A stretch of 59,297 nt of DNA, taken from IMG/VR virus record IMGVR_UViG_3300045988_117970; one strand, 5' to 3'. The stretch's first letter is position 1; each line of letters opens with the position of its first letter. Positions 34,875-45,529 of this stretch are shown piece after piece. The position numbers and the translations under genes are program-made. This DNA is from a virus. The notes below the pieces were generated by a model. The model saw only the letters and a list, made by a program, of their open reading frames with translations, had not been told where the DNA came from and did no database searches.

Positions 34875-36209
34875 TTACCGGGCAATTACTGTGAAGTAAT
34901 ATTTCTCAGCAGAATCCACCGGCTGAATACCGCAGGTGATATAAACGCATTCTCCCGAAGAAGCGCCTCTGTTTACGACAAAGTCATTTTCTTCGTCTAC
35001 ATTCTGGATTGCTCCGTCGTTCTGGTAAGCCTTTAAGATTGCTCGTCCAAGTCCCTCCATAACAGACCAGCCAGTAGCGTCATTGTTGAATCTGCCCGGT
35101 ACAAACGTAAGAAGCAGATCATTTGCAAAGCTGTCATATACTCTGCAAGGACGGCCTTTCAGAATGTCTGTCGGATCATCCTGAGTAAATGTAACTTTGG
35201 AGTTCACATCATATTCAAGGATTACATTGCCGGATTCGCTAACGGTGAAGAATGTTTCGCCTTTCTTGATTGCCTGAATTGCCTCTTCATTTGTCTTTGC
35301 TCCTACGACACCAGTTGCTCCGGTAACGGTTGCGTATGTAAGAGAAGTGGTATAGCCAGCTGCCGCAAGTGCCCCTGCAAGCCATGCTGTTGACTGTGGA
35401 ATAGTCAGCTCCTCACCTGCATACTCAATAGCATTTGTCAGATTATAAATATTCTCATAATCTGCGGTAGAATTTGCAACTACGAGGCCACATTTCCAGC
35501 CGATAGAATTACGAATATATTTAATCTTTGTCACAGCGGCAGTAATCAAAGAGGCTTCGCTGGTCGGCAACGCCATGTAGTTGAACTTGATTTTCTCTGC
35601 CATATCAAGGAAAGTTGCTACCGAAGCATTCACTTTGGAATCTTCGTTAGTGCCGCCGGTCAGAGATGCAGATGCAAACGCCGCCAGTTCTCCTTCTCCT
35701 GCAAAATCCACATAATCAGATTTCAAATCAGTAACCTTCGTCGCTCCTTCGATAAGTTCAACCTCTGATCCATCAAGAACTACGGAAACATCAAATCCAC
35801 CCTCCGGGTTTGCCACGGAAACAACCTTTAATTTATTTCCAAGGGTTCCCGGATACTTTGCGGTAACATTGCCAGTACCGCTCTTTAAGGTGATAGTTCC
35901 TTTTGCCTTTTCTCCGCCGCCTGCGATATATGTATATACCTCAGTAGCATTCAGGAACATGAGCTGAAGCATAACCATACATTCATTGTCGTCGTAAATG
36001 GAACGTCCGAATTTCACCTTTGCAGCGTCCGGGGATTCATTGGTAAGATGGATCATCTCTCCTCTCGGTCCCCAGTCATATCCGATCAGCGGAATAATTG
36101 CGATACCAGACGGCGCATTGGAAGCTGTCGGCTGTTTTCCGTTTTTGGTAACGACATATGTTCCCGGTCTTACTTTCGGTGAAGATAATTTAAAAGTACC
36201 TCCTGCCAT
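34875..36209 (-). CDS. Contractile tail sheath protein (XkdK-like)
   Basis: 444 aa; synteny and size. Confidence 0.8.
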   Translation of the reverse strand: MAGGTFKLSSPKVRPGTYVVTKNGKQPTASNAPSGIAIIPLIGYDWGPRGEMIHLTNESPDAAKVKFGRSIYDDNECMVMLQLMFLNATEVYTYIAGGGEKAKGTITLKSGTGNVTAKYPGTLGNKLKVVSVANPEGGFDVSVVLDGSEVELIEGATKVTDLKSDYVDFAGEGELAAFASASLTGGTNEDSKVNASVATFLDMAEKIKFNYMALPTSEASLITAAVTKIKYIRNSIGWKCGLVVANSTADYENIYNLTNAIEYAGEELTIPQSTAWLAGALAAAGYTTSLTYATVTGATGVVGAKTNEEAIQAIKKGETFFTVSESGNVILEYDVNSKVTFTQDDPTDILKGRPCRVYDSFANDLLLTFVPGRFNNDATGWSVMEGLGRAILKAYQNDGAIQNVDEENDFVVNRGASSGECVYITCGIQPVDSAEKYYFTVIAR

Positions 36210-36215
36210 GCTTTA

Positions 36216-36446
36216 TCACTCCTTTCCAAGCCATTTGTTGATTCTGGCCTGCGCTTCACTAATGGTCATTTCGGTTGCTGTGCAACCATACATAGCACCA
36301 TCAAAGGTGCTGGTTGTGATATGAAAAAGCTGCATACACTTGGTACGCAGCTTGTCCATTCTGTATTTAGTTTCCGGCTCTTTGTTTTCCTGCTTCACAG
36401 TTTCCACAGGCTCCACTACAGCCGGTTCAGTACGTCTTGTAGGCAT
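36216..36446 (-). CDS. Small hypothetical structural-module protein
   Basis: 76-aa ORF. Confidence 0.5.
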   Translation of the reverse strand: MPTRRTEPAVVEPVETVKQENKEPETKYRMDKLRTKCMQLFHITTSTFDGAMYGCTATEMTISEAQARINKWLGKE

Positions 36447-36985
36447 TTATGTTGTACCTCCTGTTCTTTGCGTAGCTCTTCGGTTGCCTTGTACCACGCC
36501 TCATACGTTGCATCGGTGCCAAAAAGCCCAGATATATTGAATTTTGATACTGCCCTGCCGCCTTCCCGGTTCAGTGAGTAGTAATGTTTGATTCCACAGG
36601 TCATTTTCACAATGCCTGCATCTACTGATGAAGTAGTCGGATTCGTGAGACGGATATACTTTCCGTCCAGTGTTCCGTCCTTATTCATCAGGTTTACTTT
36701 GCACTCATCCATCATCAGACTGTCTCGCACTGTAGCAGCGTCGGCATATGCCAGCCAGTCTGTAGATTCCATGAACCATGTGTCCAGATACAGGGTCGTA
36801 AGGTAAGTATCAAACGTAACCTTTTGGGTGTCTGTCCTTGGAACTGGAAAATATAAAGACGGAACAGCAAAGGCTTCCGGCAGATCATTAAAATACAATG
36901 CAGCATTGTTATCCGCTTTGTTCTGGACATACCGGATTACAGAAGCGATGCTCTGTTCAAGCTCTAATATAATTTCTGATTCCAT
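36416..36985 (-). CDS. Tail completion / neck protein (by position)
   Basis: 189-aa ORF. Confidence 0.5.
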   Translation of the reverse strand: MESEIILELEQSIASVIRYVQNKADNNAALYFNDLPEAFAVPSLYFPVPRTDTQKVTFDTYLTTLYLDTWFMESTDWLAYADAATVRDSLMMDECKVNLMNKDGTLDGKYIRLTNPTTSSVDAGIVKMTCGIKHYYSLNREGGRAVSKFNISGLFGTDATYEAWYKATEELRKEQEVQHKCLQDVLNRL

Positions 36986-36995
36986 TGCTCACCTC

Positions 36996-37481
36996 TTATG
37001 AAAAATATCGGCTGAAGAACTGCTCGAATGCTGACTGTGCCATTTCCGGGAACATACGCTCAAGCACTTCTACAGATTTATCAAAGAAATGGGAGCCTCG
37101 AACCGCTGATGCTTTCAGTACCATTCCGGTCTTTGCACCGGGAATATACCTGAAATGTGAACCTTCCCATACGCCCGGAATGAACCGGCCAGGTTGCTGT
37201 CCATGACCTTTATTCACCCATTTTGCGTAATAGACATCGGTTCCTATCGTCAACGTCAATGCTCCCATATCCAACTGGAAAATATTACCGGCTCCGCCTT
37301 TCGTAAATGATCCCAGCAGCGTACCCTTATCAACATTGTGAGCGCTCTGTATCTGTGCCTGCACAATATCAAGAAATTCTTCGCCGATCTCTTCCAGTGT
37401 TTTTCCTGCATACGGTTTCAAATCTGCCTGCATTGCTTCACACTTTCTGGCAAATGCTTCCAGCTCGCTAACATCAATCAT
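36996..37481 (-). CDS. HK97 gp10-like tail/neck protein
   Basis: 161 aa; N-terminal pattern IDVSELEAFARK...LEEIGEEFLDIVQAQI. Confidence 0.6.
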   Translation of the reverse strand: MIDVSELEAFARKCEAMQADLKPYAGKTLEEIGEEFLDIVQAQIQSAHNVDKGTLLGSFTKGGAGNIFQLDMGALTLTIGTDVYYAKWVNKGHGQQPGRFIPGVWEGSHFRYIPGAKTGMVLKASAVRGSHFFDKSVEVLERMFPEMAQSAFEQFFSRYFS

Positions 37482-37849
37482 AATGCTGCCTTAATTCCTC
37501 CTTCCCGGTACAGTTCCACGATAATGTGGTGGTTTCCATGCACCGTGCGAGGGATTCCGGCCCGGTATTTCAATCCGTTGCCACAGTCCTCCACCGTATC
37601 ATTTTTGCGAATGTCTACGCCTGCTGGCAGAGATAACTTAATTTCTCCGTCAGCAGAGCTGAAAGGTTTGTTTTGAACTATGCGAACCGTATCTCCGACC
37701 TTTGTATGGAAATGGCATGGCTGCTCTATAATTGCCGCTGTGCTTCCAGCCTCTTTGACGGTTCTTTCTTTGATTCCGTATCCAACGTCCACAGTGCCAT
37801 CTTCCAGATGGTAAATATTGCACCTGTGATTCATAAATTCTTCAAACAC
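37478..37849 (-). CDS. Head closure / head-tail adaptor protein
   Basis: 123 aa; synteny. Confidence 0.55.
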   Translation of the reverse strand: MFEEFMNHRCNIYHLEDGTVDVGYGIKERTVKEAGSTAAIIEQPCHFHTKVGDTVRIVQNKPFSSADGEIKLSLPAGVDIRKNDTVEDCGNGLKYRAGIPRTVHGNHHIIVELYREGGIKAAL

Positions 37850-37862
37850 AGAACCCCTCCTC

Positions 37863-38252
37863 TCATAAAGCTCTCATCCGCATTACTGTCTTTCCGCGCC
37901 CTTTCGCAAGGACATATTCTGCCAGCAGATCATCTATATCCAATCCATCAATATCCACCGTGCCAGATTCCACAGAATAGGAATAATCATCGAAAGTCTC
38001 ACTCCTTATCTGCTTCTTTGTAGCTTCAATCGAATTTTTGGCATATGCCTCTGTCAGCAGGATCACTGCCATCTTTACCGGTTCTGGTATTTCCGGGTAT
38101 TCTTCTCCGAAAGAATTATTCGTTTTGGCAATTACCTTTAACTCTGCCCGGGATATATCAAAGACCAGCTTTTCAACCGGTCTTTTTAATACGTCCTCAT
38201 GGCTTGTGTACTGAATAACTTCCTCAGGAGTAACCCAAGGGCGGGCAGCCAT
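37863..38252 (-). CDS. gp6-like head-tail connector protein
   Basis: 129 aa; synteny. Confidence 0.55.
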   Translation of the reverse strand: MAARPWVTPEEVIQYTSHEDVLKRPVEKLVFDISRAELKVIAKTNNSFGEEYPEIPEPVKMAVILLTEAYAKNSIEATKKQIRSETFDDYSYSVESGTVDIDGLDIDDLLAEYVLAKGRGKTVMRMRAL

Positions 38253-38692
38253 TACTCACCTCGAAGCAGCGCTCTTGCTTCATCAGCTTTCTTCTGCTCG
38301 GAAGAAATATGCTGCACGAGGTCAGCTTTCTTGCTTAACCCAGCGGTATCAATACCTCTGGCACTGGCATATTCTTTCAGCTCCGCAACGGTTTTGGAAT
38401 TTAATTCCTTCTTCAGGACATCATCTTCCGCAGTGTCGGTTCCGGCTTCCACCACAGGTTCCGATTCCTCGTCTTCCGGCGGAGTAAACAGATCTGCTGG
38501 AAATTCATTTTCCAATGCTGCGCTCAGTGCCGCGGTGTCGGTTCCGGCTTCACCAAGGATTTTAAAAAAGCCGGTGTTTTCGTAGTGTTTGGCAACGTCC
38601 ATATCATCTACTAAAACTTCCGACTTTTCCTTTGTTACAAATATTCGGCTGTCTCTATAGGACATGCCATGAATCAATCCGATTTTTACCAT
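38252..38692 (-). CDS. Head-associated protein with a Rho-N/SAP-like motif
   Basis: TVAELKEYASARGIDTAGLSKKADLVQHI. Confidence 0.5.
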   Translation of the reverse strand: MVKIGLIHGMSYRDSRIFVTKEKSEVLVDDMDVAKHYENTGFFKILGEAGTDTAALSAALENEFPADLFTPPEDEESEPVVEAGTDTAEDDVLKKELNSKTVAELKEYASARGIDTAGLSKKADLVQHISSEQKKADEARALLRGE

Positions 38693-38708
38693 AGCAGTTC
38701 CCTCCTGC

Positions 38709-39770
38709 TTACCGCTTCAGAAGTAAGATGCCTGTCGCATCCTTTTCCTCGATGATCGGGTCGTAATCCAGATGTGCCACATAGAAACGCTTGTCCATCA
38801 TGATAGATTCCTTATCAGTGTTGGTGCTGCGGATCTTTACGGTATAGCTGTTTACTACGATCAGGTTCTTCGGATCAGTAAGAAGAATCACATCGTCGCT
38901 CATGCTCGGGCATTCAACAGTCGCGATTTTTACCGGTGCTGTGTACATGTTATCCGGCACTGCGCCGCCATGATGTGCAACCAGATTCAGCAGGAACAGT
39001 TCCCACTGCTGCGCTCTTCTTGGTGACATCAGCCAACGGAGTTTTCCGTTATTGTATTTGTTCGGGATGGACGCAACCATCTGATAGAACATATCTAAGC
39101 TCATTTCGTCCTCTGTGGATTTATCGAGGATATGTCCGCCTTCTTTGATCTGTTTGATCCAGCCATCATTGACTTTCAGGAAATCTGCATCTCCATCTTC
39201 TCCGATCAGTGTAGCGTCCGTACCAGTCCATGCTCCAGCAGAATGTGCAATATCAAATTTGTAGAGCTTTTTGTTGTAAGTTACGATGTCACCGGCAGAG
39301 TATGTGTCGGACTGGCTAAATGTTTTTGCCTTACCCGCATTTTCGTCACCATTCAGGTACAGATCCTCAAGGTCAACACCGAGCTGCGCAGTCATAAGGT
39401 CTGTAATTACCTTATTCATGTTCTCGCCTTCGATGTTCTGGCGAAGTGTTTCCTCTGTTACTTCCCATGGAAGTCTAACAGGTGTAGTAGAGAAGCTGAT
39501 CTGGCTGGTTGCAACGGAAGCTCTGTATCCGTCGTCTGTATTCTCTTTCTTCTCTCTCAGCAGTCTTGGAGCGATACCGATTTTATCAATCTCGCCTCTG
39601 CGCTCTACACGCATTTCATGTCTTACCAGCGGCGCGAGGTTTGTGGCCTCGAAAGTCTGCTGAATGAACTGTCTCGCCTGATACGGCTGTAAGAGTCCGC
39701 CGCCGGTCAGTGAACCGGTGCTGATTGCAGTACCGGCAGCTCTCATAAGAAGTTCTCTATTTGTCGGCAT
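38709..39770 (-). CDS. Major capsid protein
   Basis: 353 aa, after the protease/scaffold gene. Confidence 0.75.
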   Translation of the reverse strand: MPTNRELLMRAAGTAISTGSLTGGGLLQPYQARQFIQQTFEATNLAPLVRHEMRVERRGEIDKIGIAPRLLREKKENTDDGYRASVATSQISFSTTPVRLPWEVTEETLRQNIEGENMNKVITDLMTAQLGVDLEDLYLNGDENAGKAKTFSQSDTYSAGDIVTYNKKLYKFDIAHSAGAWTGTDATLIGEDGDADFLKVNDGWIKQIKEGGHILDKSTEDEMSLDMFYQMVASIPNKYNNGKLRWLMSPRRAQQWELFLLNLVAHHGGAVPDNMYTAPVKIATVECPSMSDDVILLTDPKNLIVVNSYTVKIRSTNTDKESIMMDKRFYVAHLDYDPIIEEKDATGILLLKR

Positions 39771-39793
39771 AATCTATTCCTCCTTATTTTTGA

Positions 39794-41128
39794 TTAAAAG
39801 AAAACTCCGTCCATAAAGTGGCTCTCCGGCGCACTTTTCTGAACGGAGCTGTCAGCATTGTTTAAATTACTCGGAAGACCAGCGCTCTTGATAATCGGAT
39901 CAAGTGCCTTTGCTACAGCAGCTTCTACAAACTCCTGCGCTTTTGCCATTGTCATAGGTTCTTCCGGCGGATTTACTGCTTTCTGAATTGCTGCATTTAC
40001 CATTTTCTCAATGGTTTCCGCTGTAATAGGCTCCTCTGCACCCTCACAGCCGCCAGCAGCTTTCTGAACGTCGTTAGTGGTAATTGCTGCACCTTCTGCG
40101 TTCTGAGGCGGATTTGCAGCATTCTGGCTCGCTCCCATAGCTTTCTGAACTGCGCCAGCTACGATACTTTCTAATTCGGCTTTGGTAATCTCCACTTCCA
40201 TTTCCTCCTGTTCTTCTGATTTCTCAATGAATGTCCCGAGATTCTGATAGATACTTTTCAGAACATTCAAATTTTCATTGCCTGTGCCTGCTGCCTTTTC
40301 GACAGTTGCGGCATTAAGGGCTTTCACAACCGGCTGATCTCCGGTAAGAAGCTGTGTGACAATCTGGTTGAAATCTTCCAGTGCCGCGCGGATCACTTCT
40401 TCGTCGTGCTGAATTTCCCATTTCCCGGTTTCGGGATTGTAAGAATCCAGCAAATAATCAGACAGCGCATAATAGGCGTTCCAGAAATTATCGTGGATAC
40501 TGGTTCTCTTGTAGGTATCCATGACAGCTCCCTTTTTCACCGGCTTCGGTGTGGTAAATGCCTTTGCCATTTTCTGGAAGATATTCAGCCCGGATTTCTG
40601 AACGGAATCCCCTTCGCTGGAAATGTCAACATCTTCTGTCGCATAAATGCCGCTGCCACCCATGCTGAATCCTGTGATCTCGCCCTTTTCAATGGCATCA
40701 AAAATACCGGGATCCGTGACCTCAACGGTCATAAGCCATGTGCCTTCCTTTACGTCCTGTCCGTTGATCTGGCAGTCGCATTTTGCAATCCAGTTCTCGA
40801 CCACAGAAGCGCTTTCCATCTTCTCGAAGTTATGCTGAAGATCAACATTATTGGCATTCTTTGCAAACCAACGCTGCGCCTTTTCGATTTCTTCCGCAGT
40901 CATGTAGTTTCCCTGTGTGTCCTCGACCATAGGTTCATACACAATTCCGGTAACGTAGTGTGCTTCACTGTCTGCTTTCAGAATGCGTCCGTATGTCTGG
41001 AAAATCGCTCTGCCGTCCTCTGCTTTAGTGATCAGAAACTGTCGCTGGTTCGCAGCCTTATCCACAAGAGATACAAAAAGAGCCTTAACATCGCTCATGG
41101 CAATGGCTTTTGCTACTTTGTTTCGCAT
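39794..41128 (-). CDS. Prohead protease / scaffold fusion (XkdF-like)
   Basis: N-terminal VSLVDKAANQRQFLITK...GFSMGGSG pattern; Ala/Glu-rich C-terminal half. Confidence 0.6.
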   Translation of the reverse strand: MRNKVAKAIAMSDVKALFVSLVDKAANQRQFLITKAEDGRAIFQTYGRILKADSEAHYVTGIVYEPMVEDTQGNYMTAEEIEKAQRWFAKNANNVDLQHNFEKMESASVVENWIAKCDCQINGQDVKEGTWLMTVEVTDPGIFDAIEKGEITGFSMGGSGIYATEDVDISSEGDSVQKSGLNIFQKMAKAFTTPKPVKKGAVMDTYKRTSIHDNFWNAYYALSDYLLDSYNPETGKWEIQHDEEVIRAALEDFNQIVTQLLTGDQPVVKALNAATVEKAAGTGNENLNVLKSIYQNLGTFIEKSEEQEEMEVEITKAELESIVAGAVQKAMGASQNAANPPQNAEGAAITTNDVQKAAGGCEGAEEPITAETIEKMVNAAIQKAVNPPEEPMTMAKAQEFVEAAVAKALDPIIKSAGLPSNLNNADSSVQKSAPESHFMDGVFF

Positions 41129-41219
41129 TGCCGTACTCCTTTCTTTAGATTTTCAGTAATTCATGGCACAAAAAAGCAGCAAGGCGCTCTTGTCCCATGC
41201 TGCATATCAGACTTTTTCA

Positions 41220-42257
41220 TTAAATTTCTCCATTTCTACAGGCTTCGTAGTAGGAATTGTAAATATCCCAAGTGATACTCGGATCATCTCTCAATTCCTC
41301 GATTCCATGTTCCTCATTGAATTTCTGCTCCCATGCGTCATACTCCGCATTTACCTCATTCATATATTTCTCGCGCAACGCCACGCGGTCTTCCAGTGAC
41401 ATTCCAAGGATTTCCTGATCCGTAATGTCCTTCGTGGTGCAATGACAGTTAATACTCTCTTCCGCAGGAAGTGACGTATCTCTCGGACACATAGGATAAT
41501 ATGTGCCGCCGTTCCTGCCCGTGAGTGTAAACGGCTCCCTCTTGAATACCTGCTGTCCGTTTATGGCAACATGATTTTCCCTCGGGTGTGCTGCGCCAGT
41601 ATGCACCCATTCTTTTTTATAGCAGGATGGGTTCTGTATCCGGGCTTCCTGATGTGCATACTCTTCCACGCGGAGGACTTCTGTTACCGCAACTCTGCGG
41701 CTACGGTAACCGCACTCACGAATACCACTGTCTGCAATGGCCTGTGTCACTTCATCAATGGTCTGCTTCTGCTCCTGTGCGTTCAGCAAGATTTTCTCAA
41801 TGCCGTCTTTCGTGTTCAAGTGCATAATATCGGCAAGCTGCTGGCTCCACCCTTTGATAAAAGCCTCTGCCGGTCTTGTAATCCTATCATCAACATTTTC
41901 CCCCAACTCCACGTCTGTGGATATGATCCACTGCTTTGTAAATCTGTGAAGCAGTTCATCGAATTGCTGATAAAACAGATCATGCAAAGCTTTTTCCATT
42001 TCATCTGAGTTGCTGATTTCGGGCCATACAGTTTCAATGAAATCGTCTACACCAGATGCGCTCTGCAATCTCGCCAACACTTCGTCCACGTTGTTCTCCA
42101 CTGCCGCTGTCACGCCGTCCTCAATGGTTCCCATATGAGCTACCGCTACGCCAGCCTCTACATACCCCTCTTCGTTGAGCTGTTCTTCCAGATCATCATC
42201 CGCTTTTGCAATGTACCGTTCAATCGCTTCCAGCAGGGGATCCACATTCAGTTTCAT
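41220..42257 (-). CDS. Minor head / head morphogenesis protein (Mu F / SPP1 gp7-like)
   Basis: 345 aa, after the portal gene; RSRRVAVTEVLRVEEYAHQEAR...HPRENHVAINGQQV. Confidence 0.65.
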   Translation of the reverse strand: MKLNVDPLLEAIERYIAKADDDLEEQLNEEGYVEAGVAVAHMGTIEDGVTAAVENNVDEVLARLQSASGVDDFIETVWPEISNSDEMEKALHDLFYQQFDELLHRFTKQWIISTDVELGENVDDRITRPAEAFIKGWSQQLADIMHLNTKDGIEKILLNAQEQKQTIDEVTQAIADSGIRECGYRSRRVAVTEVLRVEEYAHQEARIQNPSCYKKEWVHTGAAHPRENHVAINGQQVFKREPFTLTGRNGGTYYPMCPRDTSLPAEESINCHCTTKDITDQEILGMSLEDRVALREKYMNEVNAEYDAWEQKFNEEHGIEELRDDPSITWDIYNSYYEACRNGEI

Positions 42258-42468
42258 GCTCCTTGCCCTCCTGTCTTACGATCACACAGCCTTCCGGCAG
42301 ATCAATATCCATATCCGTCACAGGAATGTCCACACTGAGTACCGGTATCTCCCCGGGTTCCTGCTTGAGATGATATCTACTGGCATACATTCCAATGTCA
42401 ATGCCATTTACAACGATGTGAGTCATGTATTTGTTTTTCTTATCGCTGGTTTTGATACTGATTTTCAT
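42220..42468 (-). CDS. Small hypothetical protein
   Basis: 82-aa ORF. Confidence 0.45.
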   Translation of the reverse strand: MKISIKTSDKKNKYMTHIVVNGIDIGMYASRYHLKQEPGEIPVLSVDIPVTDMDIDLPEGCVIVRQEGKEHETECGSPAGSD

Positions 42469-44054
42469 TGCTTGCCCTCCTGCTCTTTGATCTCTTTCAA
42501 CAGCTTCTGGACGGATTTCATTACGGAAACCACTTCGTCCGGCGTATTATTGCTCTGAGCTTTCTGAATCTGCTGCGTAAGCTGCGCCGCGATACCGTTC
42601 ACATCAGCAACGGAAGAGTTCCGCTCAGCGTATATCTTCAATGGAATGTCGCCCCATTCCTCTTCGTAATCCTCTGAGGTTTCGCCCAGCATACGATAAA
42701 CAACATCTTTTGCCTTATTCGGAGTCAGTCCGCCTGCATTGTTGCTTACTGTAAGAATCTTGTACAGATCATCTGGGTTCGTGATATTCGGTGCAAGGAA
42801 GTATGCCTCCACATGTTTGAACTGGTAGCCATTCAGCAGCTTATTGTTTATCACCCATGCCAGAGATATTCGCTCTGGCTGGAAGACCTGCTCTTCTGTG
42901 ACCTCTTTCGCTGTCTGCGCTGTAGCACGATTGAAGTCTGTGGTGTAGCCCACATACAGATCTGGCAGTAAGAACGCTGACTGCACTCTTTTCCGGTTAT
43001 TTTCCAAGTATTCCTGAAACAGCTCGTCTTTTTGGAGAATACTGGCAATGTCCTTGATCTCAATTTCCGGCTTTTCGCTGGTGTCAAAATCGGTGCGCTG
43101 CTCTGCATTTTCCGCTTCCAAAACAATAAATGCGTGCTGCCCCTGCTCGCCCTTAATTCCGTTCATATACTCTTGAAGCTTTGTGTAGCTGTCCTCTGTC
43201 AGAGTGCCGCCCTTAATCATAATCAGCAGTGGCGTGTGCCGTCCGTTGATGAAATAATTATTGTTCAGGCTCTCCGCTCTCCGGCTGCCGTCTACTCCTA
43301 AAAGCTGTCCTATCCACCGGACCTCACCGTATGGCTTGGTTCCAATGGCAAACTCAAGTATTTCATTGGCCTGCCATTTACGATCCAGAGCTTCACCAGC
43401 TTCCAGATACTTGCCATTGCGCCTGTCCATGATTCTTGGATCTCCAAATTCTTTGTAATACACCGTTTTCCCGCCAATGTCCTGTCGGTATTTACGGAAC
43501 TTCCGCTGTCTTACAAGGCTGGTTCCATGATGGTAATAGGTAAATGGCACATATGGTTCCAGTGGTTCGGTCTTCATTATGCTTGGAGTGTTACGGATAA
43601 ACTCTATCTGTACCACTTCATTTGCAAGATTGCGGATAACTTCAACATAAGCTATGCCGTAGGTTTCCCGCGCTTCGATAATGTCCTCGAAGATTTCCTT
43701 TGTGTCCTGCTCAATGGTAAGCAGCTCTATGATTTCTTCCGCTTTGTTGAACTCATCTACCATATCCGGTGTTTCCTCAACATCTTCAATGTAGCGGACT
43801 CCAATACCAAATCCCGGAATATTATTGCGGTATGAATGAATACACTGAGGCAGGATAGAGCTTTCAGACACATAACGTTCCAGCACATGCAGATCCATAG
43901 GCTGCTGAATCCACTCGCTGCCATTAAAGGCTTCCTGAATTTCAATCTGTGTGGAAGTCTCTGCTTTCTGCACCGGCTTCTGTACTGGCTGCATTTCCTT
44001 GATAACTCTCGCATGGACTGGACGTGGCTTTGCTATTTTTGCTGAATCACTCAT
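42465..44054 (-). CDS. Portal protein
   Basis: 529 aa, immediately after TerL. Confidence 0.8.
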   Translation of the reverse strand: MSDSAKIAKPRPVHARVIKEMQPVQKPVQKAETSTQIEIQEAFNGSEWIQQPMDLHVLERYVSESSILPQCIHSYRNNIPGFGIGVRYIEDVEETPDMVDEFNKAEEIIELLTIEQDTKEIFEDIIEARETYGIAYVEVIRNLANEVVQIEFIRNTPSIMKTEPLEPYVPFTYYHHGTSLVRQRKFRKYRQDIGGKTVYYKEFGDPRIMDRRNGKYLEAGEALDRKWQANEILEFAIGTKPYGEVRWIGQLLGVDGSRRAESLNNNYFINGRHTPLLIMIKGGTLTEDSYTKLQEYMNGIKGEQGQHAFIVLEAENAEQRTDFDTSEKPEIEIKDIASILQKDELFQEYLENNRKRVQSAFLLPDLYVGYTTDFNRATAQTAKEVTEEQVFQPERISLAWVINNKLLNGYQFKHVEAYFLAPNITNPDDLYKILTVSNNAGGLTPNKAKDVVYRMLGETSEDYEEEWGDIPLKIYAERNSSVADVNGIAAQLTQQIQKAQSNNTPDEVVSVMKSVQKLLKEIKEQEGKQ

Positions 44055-45529
44055 TTCTTCTCACCTCTCTTCTTTGATTTGACCGGCAATACTGCAAGCA
44101 GTACGCTGTCAGCTTCGTCCGGGGAGCTTAATCCCCTCTTTTTCATTTCCGCTTTCGATTCCACCTTTTGCCGGGTTTCCACGAAATCATATTTACGGCA
44201 GGATAGCTGTCCCACCATATCGTTGTCATTTGGAAGAATCAGCTGCGACTTCCGGGGCTTTCCCTCTTCGTCAAACGGCTGTATCATATCCCGGACAACT
44301 CCCATCATATATGTGGTGCTGTCGTAGAATCTTTTATGCTTGATCCTTTGCCCGAAATTCACAGGCACAACGTCCATATCCCCATATACTTCCGGGTTTG
44401 CTTTCTTCGCAGCTTTGAGCTGATCCGTAACACCTCCGCCAACTCCGCCATCGTCTACCTTTACAGGGATAACTCCTGAAAAGCAGAATATCTTTTTCAA
44501 CTCGTTGTAAAGCTGGCAGATGGTTCCGGTTGTCCAGACAGTATTTTTGCCGTTGTACTTCTTGTAGATCTGTACCACCTCATTGACCTTGAATGTGACA
44601 CAGGTTCTATCATCTCCGAATCGGGCAACGTCGCACCCAATATCAATCGTCAGCACGCCGCGCACATCTCGGATTTTCTCGCCGCTTTCAGAAACATATA
44701 CTCCAAAAGCAAGTGCCGTTTCCTTTTCCATCTCAGTAGAAATGGAGTCCTCAATCCATGAAGCTGGAATGAATACATCATCTTCCTGCTCTGGAAATTT
44801 ACCGTCCACTCGGACTCGAACCACATTACTATTCTTGCCATACTTCCGATCAAGTGAAGCAATGTTGTCTTTGTTGGTTCGCTTGCTGTCCCGGGAGGAT
44901 ACGGTCTGTAACGCAAAAATGGCACGGTCTACGGTAAAAGCATCATAGAACGTGCCTGTTGTTTTTGTTGGGTTGCCGCACATCAGCAGCTTATTATTGT
45001 CACCGGACAGTGTACCCATTATGGCTTCCATAATTGGATCTGCAACACCGGAAGCCTCGTCCACGATGAACAGCATGTTATCCTCATGGAAGCCCTGCAT
45101 ATTCTCTGGCTTGTTTGCTGTCCTCGCTACAGCGAACCAGCGTTTCTCATAGCCTTTGACATACACATAGGTCTTTGTCCATTTCAGCAATGCCGGAAGT
45201 AGTGGAGAATTATTCATCCACTTTGCAACCTCGCTCCACAGAACGTCGTGAAGCTGCTGCTGAGTAGGCGCAGTCGCTACCACTCTGGCATTGTAATAGC
45301 AGGTCAGAAACCATAGGAAGATGCCAGCCTCAAATGCTGTCTTCCCAACACCCTGTCCAGACTTGATTGCCACCCGGTTGTGAGTCCGAATATTATGAGC
45401 CGCTTCCACCTGCCAGTCGTCCGGCTCAAATTCAAGAACTTCCCGGAAGAACAGCACTGGATCATTCAGCCACAGCGGTATGGATTCTTCTATGAAGTCG
45501 GTCAGCCACTTATCATCCACTGTCGCCAC
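44051..45529 (-). CDS. terL: Terminase large subunit
   Basis: Walker A AIKSGQGVGKT; 492 aa. Confidence 0.9.
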   Translation of the reverse strand: MATVDDKWLTDFIEESIPLWLNDPVLFFREVLEFEPDDWQVEAAHNIRTHNRVAIKSGQGVGKTAFEAGIFLWFLTCYYNARVVATAPTQQQLHDVLWSEVAKWMNNSPLLPALLKWTKTYVYVKGYEKRWFAVARTANKPENMQGFHEDNMLFIVDEASGVADPIMEAIMGTLSGDNNKLLMCGNPTKTTGTFYDAFTVDRAIFALQTVSSRDSKRTNKDNIASLDRKYGKNSNVVRVRVDGKFPEQEDDVFIPASWIEDSISTEMEKETALAFGVYVSESGEKIRDVRGVLTIDIGCDVARFGDDRTCVTFKVNEVVQIYKKYNGKNTVWTTGTICQLYNELKKIFCFSGVIPVKVDDGGVGGGVTDQLKAAKKANPEVYGDMDVVPVNFGQRIKHKRFYDSTTYMMGVVRDMIQPFDEEGKPRKSQLILPNDNDMVGQLSCRKYDFVETRQKVESKAEMKKRGLSSPDEADSVLLAVLPVKSKKRGEKK